A stretch of DNA of 64,000 nucleotides from Candidatus Multivoradales bacterium (lineage in GTDB: Bacteria; Acidobacteriota; Thermoanaerobaculia; Multivoradales; J023): positions 480,001 to 544,000 of the forward strand of contig CBDFLE010000005.1 of assembly GCA_965248925.1 (NCBI GenBank). Direction: 5' to 3'. Positions within the stretch are counted from its first letter, which is position 1. Each line of letters starts with the position of its first letter. Under the pieces are notes generated by a model that made no database searches, had not been told where the DNA came from, and worked only from the letters and a program-made list of their open reading frames with translations. The position numbers and the translations under genes were made by a program. Of the stretch, positions 9,861 through 19,453 are shown piece by piece.

Positions 9861-9931
9861 ACTCGCTGGCCGATGTTAGCGGCTGAGCAAGAACGTATCT
9901 ATTCGGTGTGATCCGAACCGGGGCGCTGCCC

Positions 9932-10240
9932 CTACTCGCGACCAGCGGTGCTTTGGAGATATTTGAGATACCCTTCGATGTCTTCAAGGCCGTCGAGTTC
10001 TCGGATCACCGGCACAACATAGGCCAGGGATCGGATCTTGGCTAGCTTTGGTGCCTCTGGAGATCGAAGGATTCGTCGACCGGATGCGAGGAGAATGGCT
10101 GCTCTGATCTGTTCGAAGGAGACTTGCTGCTGGTGGAGATCTAGAGCGAGCACGCGGTCAGTGGGCCTTGCCTGAGCAGGGGTCTCCCGCTGCTCGAGGT
10201 AGGCTCTGAGAACCGCTTGGACGTAGTCGCACTGGCTCAT
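9932..10240 (-). CDS. Hypothetical protein coupled to istB (IS21-like element passenger)
   Basis: ATGA overlap with the istB stop. Motifs YVQAVLRAY, RPTDRVLA and IRSLAYVVPVIREL resemble a small ORF family recalled next to IS21-like genes (not verified). Confidence 0.6.
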   Translation of the reverse strand: MSQCDYVQAVLRAYLEQRETPAQARPTDRVLALDLHQQQVSFEQIRAAILLASGRRILRSPEAPKLAKIRSLAYVVPVIRELDGLEDIEGYLKYLQSTAGRE

Positions 10241-10902
10241 GACGCCTTCGCCTTTCGCCGCCGGGCACGGTCTTGTGCTCGCCGTTTCTTTTCCTCTTCT
10301 GCTTCTTTGCGCCGATAGGAGTCGCCGTCGGTGGTCAGCAGAATAGATTTCTTCTGATACCTCCGGCTTACCACCTCGAAGAGGAGGTCGGCGTGGCGAT
10401 GGTCATAGGACAGGTAGCCTAGCTCGTCAATGGCCAGCAGATCGGGCCGGGTGTAGAGGGCCAGGCGCCGCTGCAGAGCCCTGGAACTCTCTTGTGCCGC
10501 GAGGTCGTTGAGCAGCTCGCTGGCGGTGAGCATGCGTCCGGTGGCGCCCCGCAGCAGGGCCTGATAGGTGAGATTCTGAACGATCATCGACTTGCCGACG
10601 CCGTTGGGACCGAAGAGGATGACGTTGGCTCCTTCTTCGAGCCATTGGAAGTTGAAGAGGTCTTCCACCATCAGGCGATCGATCTTTCGTGGCCACTTGT
10701 AGTCGAAGTCGGCCATCGGCTTGAAGGTGCCGATGTGGGCGTTGCGGATTTCTCTCTCGAGGCTCCTCTGGTGTCGCACTATCTCCTCTCGGTCGATCAG
10801 GGGCAGCACCCAAGGCTGGTTTTGAAGTTGACTCCAATCTTCGACCAGACCGTGCAGCCCGAGCTTCTTGGCCCGGATGAGCAGATCCTCAGTCGTCGTC
10901 AT
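10237..10902 (-). pseudogene. istB: IS21-family helper ATPase IstB with an internal C-terminal deletion
   Basis: FDYKWP, Walker A GPNGVGKS, Walker B LLAIDELGYL. ILLTT joins directly to DGDSYRR, so the usual N..F.EW...DRL.H segment is absent. SD GGAGG precedes ATG 10902. Confidence 0.85.
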
Positions 10903-10995
10903 GAGGATCCTCCTGGCGGCTAAGACGGTCGTAGTCGTTGAGATCATGAGGGCGCACGTCGAGATCCCGGATTCTGGGATCTTTGGGGGGCCCAG
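10889..10995 (-). pseudogene. Probable C-terminal remnant of the IS21 transposase IstA
   Basis: KDPRIRDLDVRPHDLNDYDRL ends overlapping the istB start, like the 'L..YD.L' IstA tail. No DDE core is present upstream. Confidence 0.6.
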
Positions 10996-11291
10996 CGACA
11001 CTTAGACCTGTGCATCTGAGTTGAGCTCCCAGCTCTTCCGGTTCTTGCACTGGCCTGCGGCGATTTCCGGGAGGGTCGAACGAGAGACGTGGTCGGCTGT
11101 GGTGGACTGGGGCCTTGCGCATGGGCTGTCGAGATGCCGAGTCTATTTCTCGATGGTGATAAGCAAATCGCTGGAAACAAGAGACTTGAAGGCGGCACGG
11201 TGGCTGCAGGCATGCATGGCGGCGAAATATCTGCTCTGGGCGGCGATTTCGGCGTCGTCCAGGGGGCTGGAACTCCTGCTTTCATCGATAT

Positions 11292-11320
11292 TTGACACGG
11301 GAGTGCCAGGGCTCTAGCAT
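11292..11320 (+). promoter_or_regulatory. Sigma70-type promoter upstream of spoVG
   Basis: TTGACA (11292-11297), 17-nt spacer, TAGCAT (11315-11320). Confidence 0.7.
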
Positions 11321-11543
11321 TGGCTGGCCGGCCTTGCGCGATGGTCTTCTTGGAGTTTATCGAACTTGGGCGGCAACGCCGGGTCTGTTGGGTTCAGCCA
11401 GGCGCTTTGAGATCTAGAAACGCTGGGTTGAAGACGACAAATCGCGGTACTTCTTCAGTCGCATGCTTCCAGTGACGAGAAGGGGGGAATTGGCTTCAGG
11501 GAGTTTATGCCAATTGCCCGCCACAGCTTGGAGATGGCTTTTT

Positions 11544-11984
11544 ATGGAAATCACCCAGGTCAAAGTGTTCCCGGTCCACGAGGACAAGCTTAAAGCGTTC
11601 GTTTCGGTGGTCTTTGATCACTGCTTCATGGTCAATGACATCAAGATCATTCAGGGTAAGGACGGGCTGTTTCTCAGTATGCCTAGCCGGCGCAAGAAGA
11701 CTGGCGAGTTCAAGGATGTTGCCCATCCTTTGAACAACGAGACCCGTCGCTTGCTCGAAGAGAGGGTGTTGACGGAGTATCGTCAGATGGTGGACGACCC
11801 GACCCCCCGGCGCCCCGACCGCGAGGGTGAGGAGGAGGGAGAGGCGGCCACTGCCTCGGCCGGCGACTCCCAGCCCGAGGTCTCCGCGCCAGCCACCGGC
11901 GAAGGTCTCGACAGCAAGGCCGAAAAGACTCTCGAAGAAGTGCAGGAAATGCATTTGCGAGACTCTTTTTGGAGTGTTTCGTGA
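11544..11984 (+). CDS. spoVG: SpoVG family nucleic-acid-binding regulator with an acidic C-terminal extension
   Basis: MEITQVKV...LKAFVSVVFD.CFMVNDIKIIQG..GLFLSMPSRR...FKDVAHPLN. SD GGAG before ATG 11544. Confidence 0.93.
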   Translation: MEITQVKVFPVHEDKLKAFVSVVFDHCFMVNDIKIIQGKDGLFLSMPSRRKKTGEFKDVAHPLNNETRRLLEERVLTEYRQMVDDPTPRRPDREGEEEGEAATASAGDSQPEVSAPATGEGLDSKAEKTLEEVQEMHLRDSFWSVS

Positions 11985-12282
11985 CCTAGGTGCCACACTT
12001 TCTTGGACGGATGGCAGCGGCCGCCGCTGACCGCTGGCCTGCAGACCGTGGTGGTGTTGGTTTGCTCTGCCTCTGAATTCGGCCGCGGCGCGAAAATGTA
12101 CCCAAGAATCCTCACGACTCGGTTACAATCCCGCTGCCGCTCCCGGTTGCAAGAGGCTTGATGCTGCGGCCCGTCGCGGGCTGAGCGCGGCTTTCCGTCC
12201 GCCAGGGGGCGCAAAAGGCAGGCCAGCGGGCCTATATCCGATGACAGTCGACGGCGGCGGCTACCGCCCGAGTGAGCACAGA

Positions 12283-13224
12283 ATGTATGGCGAGCTGAAG
12301 ATTTTCAGTGGCAGCGCTCATCCGCAGTTGACTGAGGATATCTGCCAGTATCTGAACGTGCCGCAAGGGAAGCTCGAGATCTTCAGCTTCTCAGATGGTG
12401 AGAAGTTCTGCCAGCTGAGCGAGAACGTGCGCGGCTGCGATGCTTTCTTGGTGCAACCGACCTGTGCCCCGGCTAACGACAATCTGGTCGAGCTGCTGAT
12501 CATCCTCGACGCCCTGAGGCGGGCTTCGGTGTGTCGGGTAACGGCGGTGTTGCCGTACTACGGCTATGCTCGCCAGGACAAGAAAGACGCTCCCCGAGTG
12601 CCGATTACTGCCAAGTTGGTCGCCGATTTGATCACTACCGCCGGCGCCGACCGACTTCTCACCATGGATCTGCACGCACCGCAGATTCAAGGCTTCTTCA
12701 ACATTCCAGTGGACCACCTTTTTGCCGCTCCGGTGGTCCTCGATGCAATCCGCGAGATGGAGATCGAGGATCTGGTGATCGTCTCGCCGGACGCTGGCGG
12801 GGTGGAGCGGGCGCGAGCGATCGCCAAACGCTTGGAGACCGGCCTGGCCATCGTCGACAAGCGGCGCAGCAAGCCCAACGAAGCCTCGGTGATGCATGTC
12901 ATCGGCGAGGTTCAAGGCAGAACGGCTTTGATCCTCGATGATATCGTCGATACCGCCGGCACTTTGGTGCATACAGTGCAGGCGTTGGTGGACAAAGGCG
13001 CGCACCGGGTGCTGGCGGCCGGCGTTCACGGTATACTCTCCGGCCCGGCCTTGGAGCGCATCGAGAAATCACCCGTGGAGCGGGTTTTGATCACAAATAC
13101 CACTCCGCTTACCGAGAAACTGCGGCATTCAACCAAGTTGCAGCCGCTGACTGTCGCACCGTTGCTCGGCGAAGCGATCCAGAGAATTCACAGCAATAGC
13201 TCGGTCTCGTCGCTGTTTGTCTGA
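12283..13224 (+). CDS. prs: Ribose-phosphate pyrophosphokinase
   Basis: FSDGE, PYYGYARQDKK, DLHAPQIQGFF, VSPDAGGVERA, DDIVDTAGT. Alternative start 12241. Confidence 0.97.
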   Translation: MYGELKIFSGSAHPQLTEDICQYLNVPQGKLEIFSFSDGEKFCQLSENVRGCDAFLVQPTCAPANDNLVELLIILDALRRASVCRVTAVLPYYGYARQDKKDAPRVPITAKLVADLITTAGADRLLTMDLHAPQIQGFFNIPVDHLFAAPVVLDAIREMEIEDLVIVSPDAGGVERARAIAKRLETGLAIVDKRRSKPNEASVMHVIGEVQGRTALILDDIVDTAGTLVHTVQALVDKGAHRVLAAGVHGILSGPALERIEKSPVERVLITNTTPLTEKLRHSTKLQPLTVAPLLGEAIQRIHSNSSVSSLFV

Positions 13225-13269
13225 AGCGATGATCGTCTGTTGACCGATTAGATCCGTGAGGAAGCAGCT

Positions 13270-13929
13270 ATGAGCGAGTCCACTATCGAAGTGCAACAGC
13301 GTGTCGCCGAGGGCAAGAACGCCAATCGGCGGCTGCGCGCCGCTGGAGTTATTCCGGCGGTACTCTACGGCGGCGGGGGCGACTCGGTGCCAATCCAGAT
13401 CAACCAGCACCAAATCGACGAGCTGCTGCGCTCTCGGGCCGGTGAGAACACGGTCTTCTTGCTCAAGCTAGAAGGCACCAAGAAGAGCCGTCACTCGATG
13501 ATCCGCGACCTGCAGAAGGATTCCATCACCGGCCACCTGATTCACATCGACTTCCAGCGCATTCTGCTAGATCAGAAGATTAAGCTGGCGGTGCCGGTCG
13601 AGATCGTTGGTGTACCAGAGGGGGTCAAGACCGAAGGCGGCATACTCGACTTCGTAACTCGGGAAGTCGAAATCGAGTGCTTACCGACCCAGATACCGAA
13701 CCAGATCAGGGTTGATGTCGAAGCGCTACATGTTGGCCAGCACATCGAGGCTGGGCAGATTGAACTGCCCAAGGGCATCGAGCTGCTGACCGATCGAGAG
13801 CGCGTGCTGGTGTCGATCGCCATCGCCCGGGTCGTCGAGGAAGAGGCCGAGGAGAGCGAGGAGCTACTCGAGGCCGAGACTGCGCAGCCTGAAGTGGTGG
13901 GTGGGGACTCTGAGGAAGGCGCCGGCTAA
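13270..13929 (+). CDS. rplY: 50S ribosomal protein L25/Ctc
   Basis: RRLRAAGVIPAVLYG, HIDFQR, GVKTEGG; Ctc-type C-terminal domain with an acidic tail. Confidence 0.96.
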   Translation: MSESTIEVQQRVAEGKNANRRLRAAGVIPAVLYGGGGDSVPIQINQHQIDELLRSRAGENTVFLLKLEGTKKSRHSMIRDLQKDSITGHLIHIDFQRILLDQKIKLAVPVEIVGVPEGVKTEGGILDFVTREVEIECLPTQIPNQIRVDVEALHVGQHIEAGQIELPKGIELLTDRERVLVSIAIARVVEEEAEESEELLEAETAQPEVVGGDSEEGAG

Positions 13930-13940
13930 GAGTTGGCCAT

Positions 13941-13982
13941 AGGTCGCTGCCGGCTAGGTTTGTCTGGCCGGCTGACCGACCT
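13941..13982 (+). other. GC-rich stem-loop between rplY and pth
   Basis: AGGTCG/CGACCT outer arms and GCCGGCTAG/CTGGCCGGC inner arms; no U-tract. Confidence 0.45.
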
Positions 13983-13997
13983 GTCTCAGACTGCACT

Positions 13998-14591
13998 ATG
14001 AAACGAGACGATAATTCCAAAACCACCGCCCCAGCGGTGGTTTTGGGGCTTGGCAACCCTGGCCGGCGCTTTGTTGCGACTCGCCATAACGTGGGCTTTC
14101 GAGTGCTCGACGAGCTGGCACGCCGACGCGAGGTGGCGTTGGATCACCAAGAGTGCGGCGCGCTGATAGGTGAAGGTAGCGAACTGTTGCTGGTGGCGCC
14201 GCAGATCTACATGAATCGCAGCGGCTTCACCGCCCGCTGTTTGGTCGAGCGTCGAGGGGTAACGCCTGAACGCATCTTGGTGGTCTATGACGAACTACGC
14301 CTACCTCTCGGCAAGCTTCGGCTGCGCCGCGCCGGCAGTCCCGGCGGGCATCGGGGGATGGAGTCCGTAGCCGAGAATTTAGGTAGTGATCAAGTGCCGC
14401 GACTGCGTCTTGGAGTGGGCAGCCTGGATGGGGATCCGGATGGAGGCGAAGCACAGGTTGATTTTGTGCTCTCACCTTTCGCCAAGGAGCAGTTCGAGGC
14501 AGTGGAAAAGATGATCTGTCGCGCGGCCGATGCCTGCGAGACTTGGCTGAGTGATGGAATTGAGGTCGCCATGCAACGATTTAACGGCTGA
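13998..14591 (+). CDS. pth: Peptidyl-tRNA hydrolase
   Basis: GLGNPG, TRHNVGF, YMNRSG, VVYDEL, GGHRG, RLRLGVG. Confidence 0.96.
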   Translation: MKRDDNSKTTAPAVVLGLGNPGRRFVATRHNVGFRVLDELARRREVALDHQECGALIGEGSELLLVAPQIYMNRSGFTARCLVERRGVTPERILVVYDELRLPLGKLRLRRAGSPGGHRGMESVAENLGSDQVPRLRLGVGSLDGDPDGGEAQVDFVLSPFAKEQFEAVEKMICRAADACETWLSDGIEVAMQRFNG

Positions 14592-14668
14592 GCCGGAGTT
14601 GCTGGACGAGTTGCAAGCTGACTTTAGTCGTACCACGACATCGCATCGCATACGAGCAGGACACCGGA

Positions 14669-14706
14669 GGCGAGGCTGAGCCGACCTTTCGCTGGCCTGC
14701 CAGTGG
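14669..14706 (+). promoter_or_regulatory. Candidate cis-regulatory RNA hairpin (possible Na+-sensing riboswitch) upstream of hppA
   Basis: GGC-G-AGGCU-G-AG-C-CGA[CCUU]UCG-CU-GGCCU-GCC forms a bulged hairpin followed by AGUGG, about 80 nt before the start of a putative Na+ pump. Family identity is unverified. Confidence 0.4.
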
Positions 14707-14783
14707 AGTTGGAGAATTCGCCAGAAGCCGCCGTGGAGGTGGTGCTGAACAGAGGCCCCCCTGTGGGGCAGGAAGGAGAAGAA

Positions 14784-16865
14784 GTGGACAGCCAAACAAT
14801 CTTGTACGCCATTCCCTTGGCGGGAGTGTTGGCATTGATCTTCGCCGCGCTACGCGCCCGCTGGATCGGTGCCCAGGATGCGGGCAACGCCGAGATGATC
14901 ACCATCGCCGGTCACATTCGTGATGGCGCGATGGCATTTCTACGCCGTGAATACACCGTTTTGGCCATTTTCGTCGTCGTTGTGGCGGCGTTGCTAGCCT
15001 TTGCTAATAGCGGCCGTGCCGACAGCTCATCGTTGATCGGCCTGTCGGTATTGGCTGGTGCGGTGTGCTCGGGCCTAGCCGGTTTCTTCGGCATGCGGGT
15101 GGCCACCGCCGCCAACGTGCGCACCGCGTCGGCCGCGCGTAGCGGCCTCAACGGTGCTCTGAGAGTCGCTTTCTCGGGTGGCGCGGTGATGGGATTCTGC
15201 GTCGTTGGTCTGGGAGTGTTGGGGCTGTCACTGCTCTTCTTGCTGTACGCCAGCCAGTTTGCCGGCGCCGACGGCGGTACGGATTGGGTGCGGGTGATCC
15301 GCGTGGTCACTGGCTTCTCATTCGGCGCTAGCTCGATCGCTCTCTTCGCTCGGGTCGGCGGTGGTATCTACACCAAGGCGGCCGATGTCGGCGCTGATCT
15401 GGTGGGTAAGGTGGAAGCGGGCATTCCCGAGGACGATCCGCGCAACCCGGCGGTGATCGCTGACGCCGTTGGCGACAACGTTGGCGATGTCGCCGGGATG
15501 GGAGCCGACCTCTTCGAGTCCTATGTTGGGGCCATCGTTGGCGCCTTGGTGCTTGGCGGTGCCGCCACGGTCTCCGCCGGAGCCGGCACCACGGGCATTC
15601 CCCGCCTGGTGCTGTTGCCGTTGGTGCTGGCTGCGTTGGGCATCGTCGTATCGTTGGCCGGCACCTTGTTGGTGCGGACGAAGGATGGCGGTAACCCCAG
15701 CCACGCCCTGCATCGAGGCACTCTGGGTTCGGCCATTGTGATGTTAGTCGCTACCTTCTTCGTGACTCGTGCTTTGTTGCCGGGGACCTACAATCTCGAG
15801 GGCCAGGATTTTGGCGCCAGTGGCGTCTTCTGGGCTACTTTGGCGGGCCTGTTGGCAGGAGTGTTGATTGGTCTAATCACCGAGTACTACACTTCGGAAG
15901 AGCGGGCGCCGGCGCGGGCCATTGCTCGTGAGAGCGAAACCGGTGCGGCCACCAACATCATTGCCGGCCTCGCGCTGGGCATGAAATCGACCGCCTTGCC
16001 GGTGATCGTGCTGGTCGCCGCCATGCTGGTGGCCTTCGACCAGGCGGGCCTCTATGGCATCGCCATTGCTGCCCTGGGCATGCTTTCCACTACCGGCATC
16101 CAGTTGGCGGTCGATGCCTACGGCCCGATCGCCGACAATGCCGGCGGTATCGCCGAGATGGCTCATCTGGGCGAGGACGTTCGGGCGCGTACCGATAAGC
16201 TCGACGCGGTGGGCAACACCACGGCGGCCATCGGTAAGGGCTTCGCCATTGGTTCGGCGGCGCTCACCGCGCTGGCGTTGTTCGCTGCTTTCCGCACTGA
16301 GGCGGGGGTCACCGACATCATCCTCACCGATCCCCTGGTTATGGCCGGCCTGTTCATCGGCGCGATGCTGCCTTTCTTGTTCTCGGCGATGGCTATGCAG
16401 GCGGTTGGCAAAGCAGCTTTCGAGATGATCGAAGAGGTTCGCCATCAGTTCAAGACGATTGACGGCTTGATGGAGGGCAAGGCGCAGCCCGACTATGCCA
16501 AATGCATCGATATTTCCACCAAGGCGGCCATTCGCGAGATGGTGCTGCCAGGTCTGCTGGCGATCACGGTGCCGGTAGCTGTAGGGTTCATTTTCGATGC
16601 CAAGGCCCTTTGCGGGGTGCTCGCTGGAGTCACCACCAGCGGCGTCATGCTGGCCATTTTCCAGGCCAACGCCGGCGGCGCTTGGGACAACGCCAAGAAG
16701 TACATCGAGGCTGGGCACCACGGCGGCAAGGGCTCCGATGCCCACCACGCGGCGGTAACGGGCGATACGGTTGGCGACCCATTCAAGGACACCTCGGGAC
16801 CGAGCTTGAACATCTTGATCAAGCTGATGACCGTCGTTTCTCTAGTTATTGCGCCGATGCTCTAA
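14784..16865 (+). CDS. hppA: Membrane-bound K+-dependent, probably Na+-translocating, pyrophosphatase
   Basis: [58 protein letters not shown] (Ala marks the K+-dependent type), [22 protein letters not shown] before GTG 14784. Confidence 0.95.
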   Translation: MDSQTILYAIPLAGVLALIFAALRARWIGAQDAGNAEMITIAGHIRDGAMAFLRREYTVLAIFVVVVAALLAFANSGRADSSSLIGLSVLAGAVCSGLAGFFGMRVATAANVRTASAARSGLNGALRVAFSGGAVMGFCVVGLGVLGLSLLFLLYASQFAGADGGTDWVRVIRVVTGFSFGASSIALFARVGGGIYTKAADVGADLVGKVEAGIPEDDPRNPAVIADAVGDNVGDVAGMGADLFESYVGAIVGALVLGGAATVSAGAGTTGIPRLVLLPLVLAALGIVVSLAGTLLVRTKDGGNPSHALHRGTLGSAIVMLVATFFVTRALLPGTYNLEGQDFGASGVFWATLAGLLAGVLIGLITEYYTSEERAPARAIARESETGAATNIIAGLALGMKSTALPVIVLVAAMLVAFDQAGLYGIAIAALGMLSTTGIQLAVDAYGPIADNAGGIAEMAHLGEDVRARTDKLDAVGNTTAAIGKGFAIGSAALTALALFAAFRTEAGVTDIILTDPLVMAGLFIGAMLPFLFSAMAMQAVGKAAFEMIEEVRHQFKTIDGLMEGKAQPDYAKCIDISTKAAIREMVLPGLLAITVPVAVGFIFDAKALCGVLAGVTTSGVMLAIFQANAGGAWDNAKKYIEAGHHGGKGSDAHHAAVTGDTVGDPFKDTSGPSLNILIKLMTVVSLVIAPML

Positions 16866-16962
16866 GCTTCCAGCGCGACTGTGGCTTGCGTTTTTGGTCG
16901 GAAGGCTTAGAATAGCGAGCTTCCTGCGGGCTATCCGTTAGGGTGTGGCCCGCACCACACAC

Positions 16963-17017
16963 CACCTCTCTGTTCCGCGCAGCAAGACGCGGGACCGAAT
17001 GAGGCCAGAGGGAGGTC
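16963..17017 (+). promoter_or_regulatory. rpsF leader (S6:S18-binding autoregulatory RNA)
   Basis: Outer stem ACCUCUCUG/CAGAGGGAGGU includes the SD. Inner stem UUCCGCG/CGCGGGA is followed directly by unpaired CCG, matching the known S6:S18 leader architecture. Confidence 0.7.
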
Positions 17018-17022
17018 CATTG

Positions 17023-17433
17023 ATGACCCGTACCTACGAGTTGGGCTTTGTAGTAGAACCTCGTCAGAGTGACGAGGAAGTGCAAGCCCTGACCGACAAA
17101 TACAAAGAGATGATTGTGGCCGCCGGCGCCGAGGTCACCTACGAAGATCATTGGGGCAAGCGCAAGCTGGCCTATCCGATCGAAAAGTACACCGAGGGCA
17201 AATACGTCTTCCTGTACATCTCCGCCAATGGCACGGTGCCGCCGTTCCCTGAGATTGAGCGCCTGATGGGCCAGAACGACAAGGTGCTGCGGTTCCTGAC
17301 AGTGCGCACCGATGAGGGCATCAAGCGGGCGATGCGCAAGGGCAAGATCAAGCCCCACATTCCCGGTCAAGAAGAAGAAGCAGAGCCCGCGGTCGAGGAG
17401 ACCGACAAGGCTGACGAGAGCCAGGAGAGCTGA
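17023..17433 (+). CDS. rpsF: 30S ribosomal protein S6
   Basis: RTYE...[18 protein letters not shown]...[15 protein letters not shown] upstream. Confidence 0.96.
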   Translation: MTRTYELGFVVEPRQSDEEVQALTDKYKEMIVAAGAEVTYEDHWGKRKLAYPIEKYTEGKYVFLYISANGTVPPFPEIERLMGQNDKVLRFLTVRTDEGIKRAMRKGKIKPHIPGQEEEAEPAVEETDKADESQES

Positions 17434-17435
17434 AG

Positions 17436-17666
17436 ATGGCCAGGAAGAAAGTCTTCTACCGCCGCCGCAAGGTCTGCAAATTCACCGTCGAGGGAATCGA
17501 GTACATCGATTACAAAGACACCAAGCTGTTGCAGCAGTACATCCTTGAGCGGGCCAAGATTCTGCCGCGTCGTATTTCCGGTACTTCCGCCCGCCACCAG
17601 CGTATGCTGGCTCAGGCGATCAAACGCGCCCGTCACCTGGCGCTGATCCCGTTCACCGCTGATTAA
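17436..17666 (+). CDS. rpsR: 30S ribosomal protein S18
   Basis: [21 protein letters not shown]...HQR.LA.AIKRAR.LALIPF. Confidence 0.97.
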   Translation: MARKKVFYRRRKVCKFTVEGIEYIDYKDTKLLQQYILERAKILPRRISGTSARHQRMLAQAIKRARHLALIPFTAD

Positions 17667-17679
17667 GAGGGCCGGAGCG

Positions 17680-18129
17680 ATGGAAATCATCCTGATGGAA
17701 GACCAGCGCAACCTCGGTAAGCGCGGTGAGGTCATCAACGTCAAACCGGGTTACGCCCGCAACTACCTACTGCCCAAGGGCATTGCGCTGCACGCGTCGA
17801 AGGGCAACGTCGCCTTCTTCGAGCAGCAGCGTAAGAAGATCGATGTGCGGCACAGCAAGGAGCGCGACGAGGCGGCCGAAATCGCGGCGCATCTGGCCAG
17901 CCTGAAGATCTCGATCAGCAAGCGGGCCGGCGAGACCGAGACCCTCTACGGTTCGGTCACCAATGGCGAAATTGCTGATCTGCTGGCCGAGAAAGGCGTG
18001 CGCATTGATCGACGCAAAATCGATATTGGCCTCGGCATCAAGACTCTCGGTGATCATCTGGTGGCGGTCGACCTGCACCCCGAGATCATGGCCGAGTTGA
18101 CGGTGTCAGTGGTTCCGGAAGAGCACTAG
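17680..18129 (+). CDS. rplI: 50S ribosomal protein L9
   Basis: LGKRGEVINVKPGYARNYLLP, LYGSVT, IKTLG, LHPE. Confidence 0.97.
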   Translation: MEIILMEDQRNLGKRGEVINVKPGYARNYLLPKGIALHASKGNVAFFEQQRKKIDVRHSKERDEAAEIAAHLASLKISISKRAGETETLYGSVTNGEIADLLAEKGVRIDRRKIDIGLGIKTLGDHLVAVDLHPEIMAELTVSVVPEEH

Positions 18130-19395
18130 TTGGAAGGTCGGCGCGGCGTGGCGAAGGAGACCGCTGGGCGGGATCAGAGCGCCACGCCGTCGATCGATCA
18201 ATTTCTCGATCAGCCGACCCGAGATCTGGGCCATTGGGCCTGGTTGTGGGAGGGCGATCAGCGCTTTCCGATCCGTGGCAGCCGCGGCATATTGGGCCGC
18301 GGGAAAGCGCTTCTCAAGCGTCTCCTGCGGCCCTTTCTGCGTCTGGCTCTAGCCGAGACCTTTGATCGCCAGCGGGTTTTTAACCTGATTCTGATCGAGA
18401 CTCTCGAGCGTCAGCGCCACAGCTTGCGCAGCGACATTGATGGCTTGCGGCAGCATATCGAAGCGATTCACCACGATCATCAAAGCGCCATCGAAGCCCA
18501 TGCCGAGCGCTTGGTGCAACTCGACCGCCGCCTCGCCCAGAGCTTGCAAGATGTGATGAAGCATAACGACGCGCTGGTCGCCCGCCTCGATCAGAAGCTC
18601 GATCGCTACCGTCGCGAAGCCCGTACCCTTTCGTCTCAGCTCGGTGCTTTCATTGCCGCCCGCCAGGCCGAGCCGCCGCAACCCCTGGCCGCGGTGCAGA
18701 GGGAGCAGACCTACCTGGCCTTGGAGCTACGGCATCGCGGCTCGGAAGAGGAGATTGGCCAGCGGGTCAACACCTACTTACCTTTTCTCAAGCACCGGGG
18801 CCTGATTCTCGATCTCGGTTGTGGCCGTGGCGAAGCCCTGGCAGTGCTCAATAGCCATGGTTACCCAGCGCGCGGAATCGACTCGAGCAGCGAAATGGTG
18901 GGCTTGTGTATGGCCAAGGGCCTGGACGCCGTCAACGGCCAGCTGTTCGATTATCTGACCGAGGAGGTAGATCCCGACTCGTTGGGTGGGGTGGTGTCAT
19001 TCCACGTCATCGAGCACCTGCCTGCAGACTCGTTAGAGCGCCTGGTGCGCCTCGCCTGGCGGGCCCTGGCACCGGGTGGCGTGTTGATTTTGGAAACACC
19101 GAGTCCGCTGTCTGTAGTGATGGCAGCTCGCGATTTCTGGACCGATCCCACGCACTTGCGGCCGGTACACCCGGCCAGTCTTGAGGTGGCTTACCGCGAG
19201 GCTGGATTCGAGCCGGTGCATCGCCTTGACCTGCATCCGTTCCCCACGGCGCAGCAGTTGCCGCAGATCGATCTCGGCGACTTGCCGGCAAGCCAGAGGC
19301 AGTTGGGCGATCAGGTCAACCGTTTGCGGGACCGCCTCGACGAATTGTTGCACGGCCACCGGGATTACGCTTTGATCGGTGTCAAGCCCGCTTGA
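18130..19395 (+). CDS. Coiled-coil + class I SAM-dependent methyltransferase (surface-glycan terminator-like)
   Basis: Long helical N-terminal region, then RHRGSEEEI, LDLGCGRGE, FHVIEHL, LILETP, FWTDPTH.RP. Start may be GTG 18148. Confidence 0.85.
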   Translation: MEGRRGVAKETAGRDQSATPSIDQFLDQPTRDLGHWAWLWEGDQRFPIRGSRGILGRGKALLKRLLRPFLRLALAETFDRQRVFNLILIETLERQRHSLRSDIDGLRQHIEAIHHDHQSAIEAHAERLVQLDRRLAQSLQDVMKHNDALVARLDQKLDRYRREARTLSSQLGAFIAARQAEPPQPLAAVQREQTYLALELRHRGSEEEIGQRVNTYLPFLKHRGLILDLGCGRGEALAVLNSHGYPARGIDSSSEMVGLCMAKGLDAVNGQLFDYLTEEVDPDSLGGVVSFHVIEHLPADSLERLVRLAWRALAPGGVLILETPSPLSVVMAARDFWTDPTHLRPVHPASLEVAYREAGFEPVHRLDLHPFPTAQQLPQIDLGDLPASQRQLGDQVNRLRDRLDELLHGHRDYALIGVKPA

Positions 19396-19417
19396 GCGGC
19401 CGCGACCCTGCTGCGAG

Positions 19418-19446
19418 TTGCACAGTCGCCCAAAGCCCGGTAGGCT
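19418..19446 (+). promoter_or_regulatory. Sigma70-type promoter for the cus leader ORF (probably leaderless mRNA)
   Basis: TTGCAC (19418-19423), 17-nt spacer, TAGGCT (19441-19446), then ATG 7 nt later at 19454 with no SD. Confidence 0.65.
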
Positions 19447-19453
19447 TATGGAC

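Larger units (their letters stand above)
9932..11297 (-). mobile_element. Decayed IS21-like element
   Basis: istA tail + deleted istB + coupled small ORF. Boundaries are approximate; no matching pair of terminal IRs was found. Confidence 0.65.

Noticed and set aside
9890-9935. Second terminal inverted repeat of the IS21-like element
   Set aside because: No sequence matching the TGTCAAATATCG candidate end was found, so the element ends remain undefined.
11000-11290. Possible further transposase fragment
   Set aside because: Frames contain stops and no recognisable DDE or HTH motif; origin is unassignable.
11985-12282. tRNA-Gln, often found just upstream of prs
   Set aside because: No cloverleaf, T-loop GTTCGA or CCA end could be found. 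Only a TACAAT box (12124-12129) and GC-rich hairpins are present.
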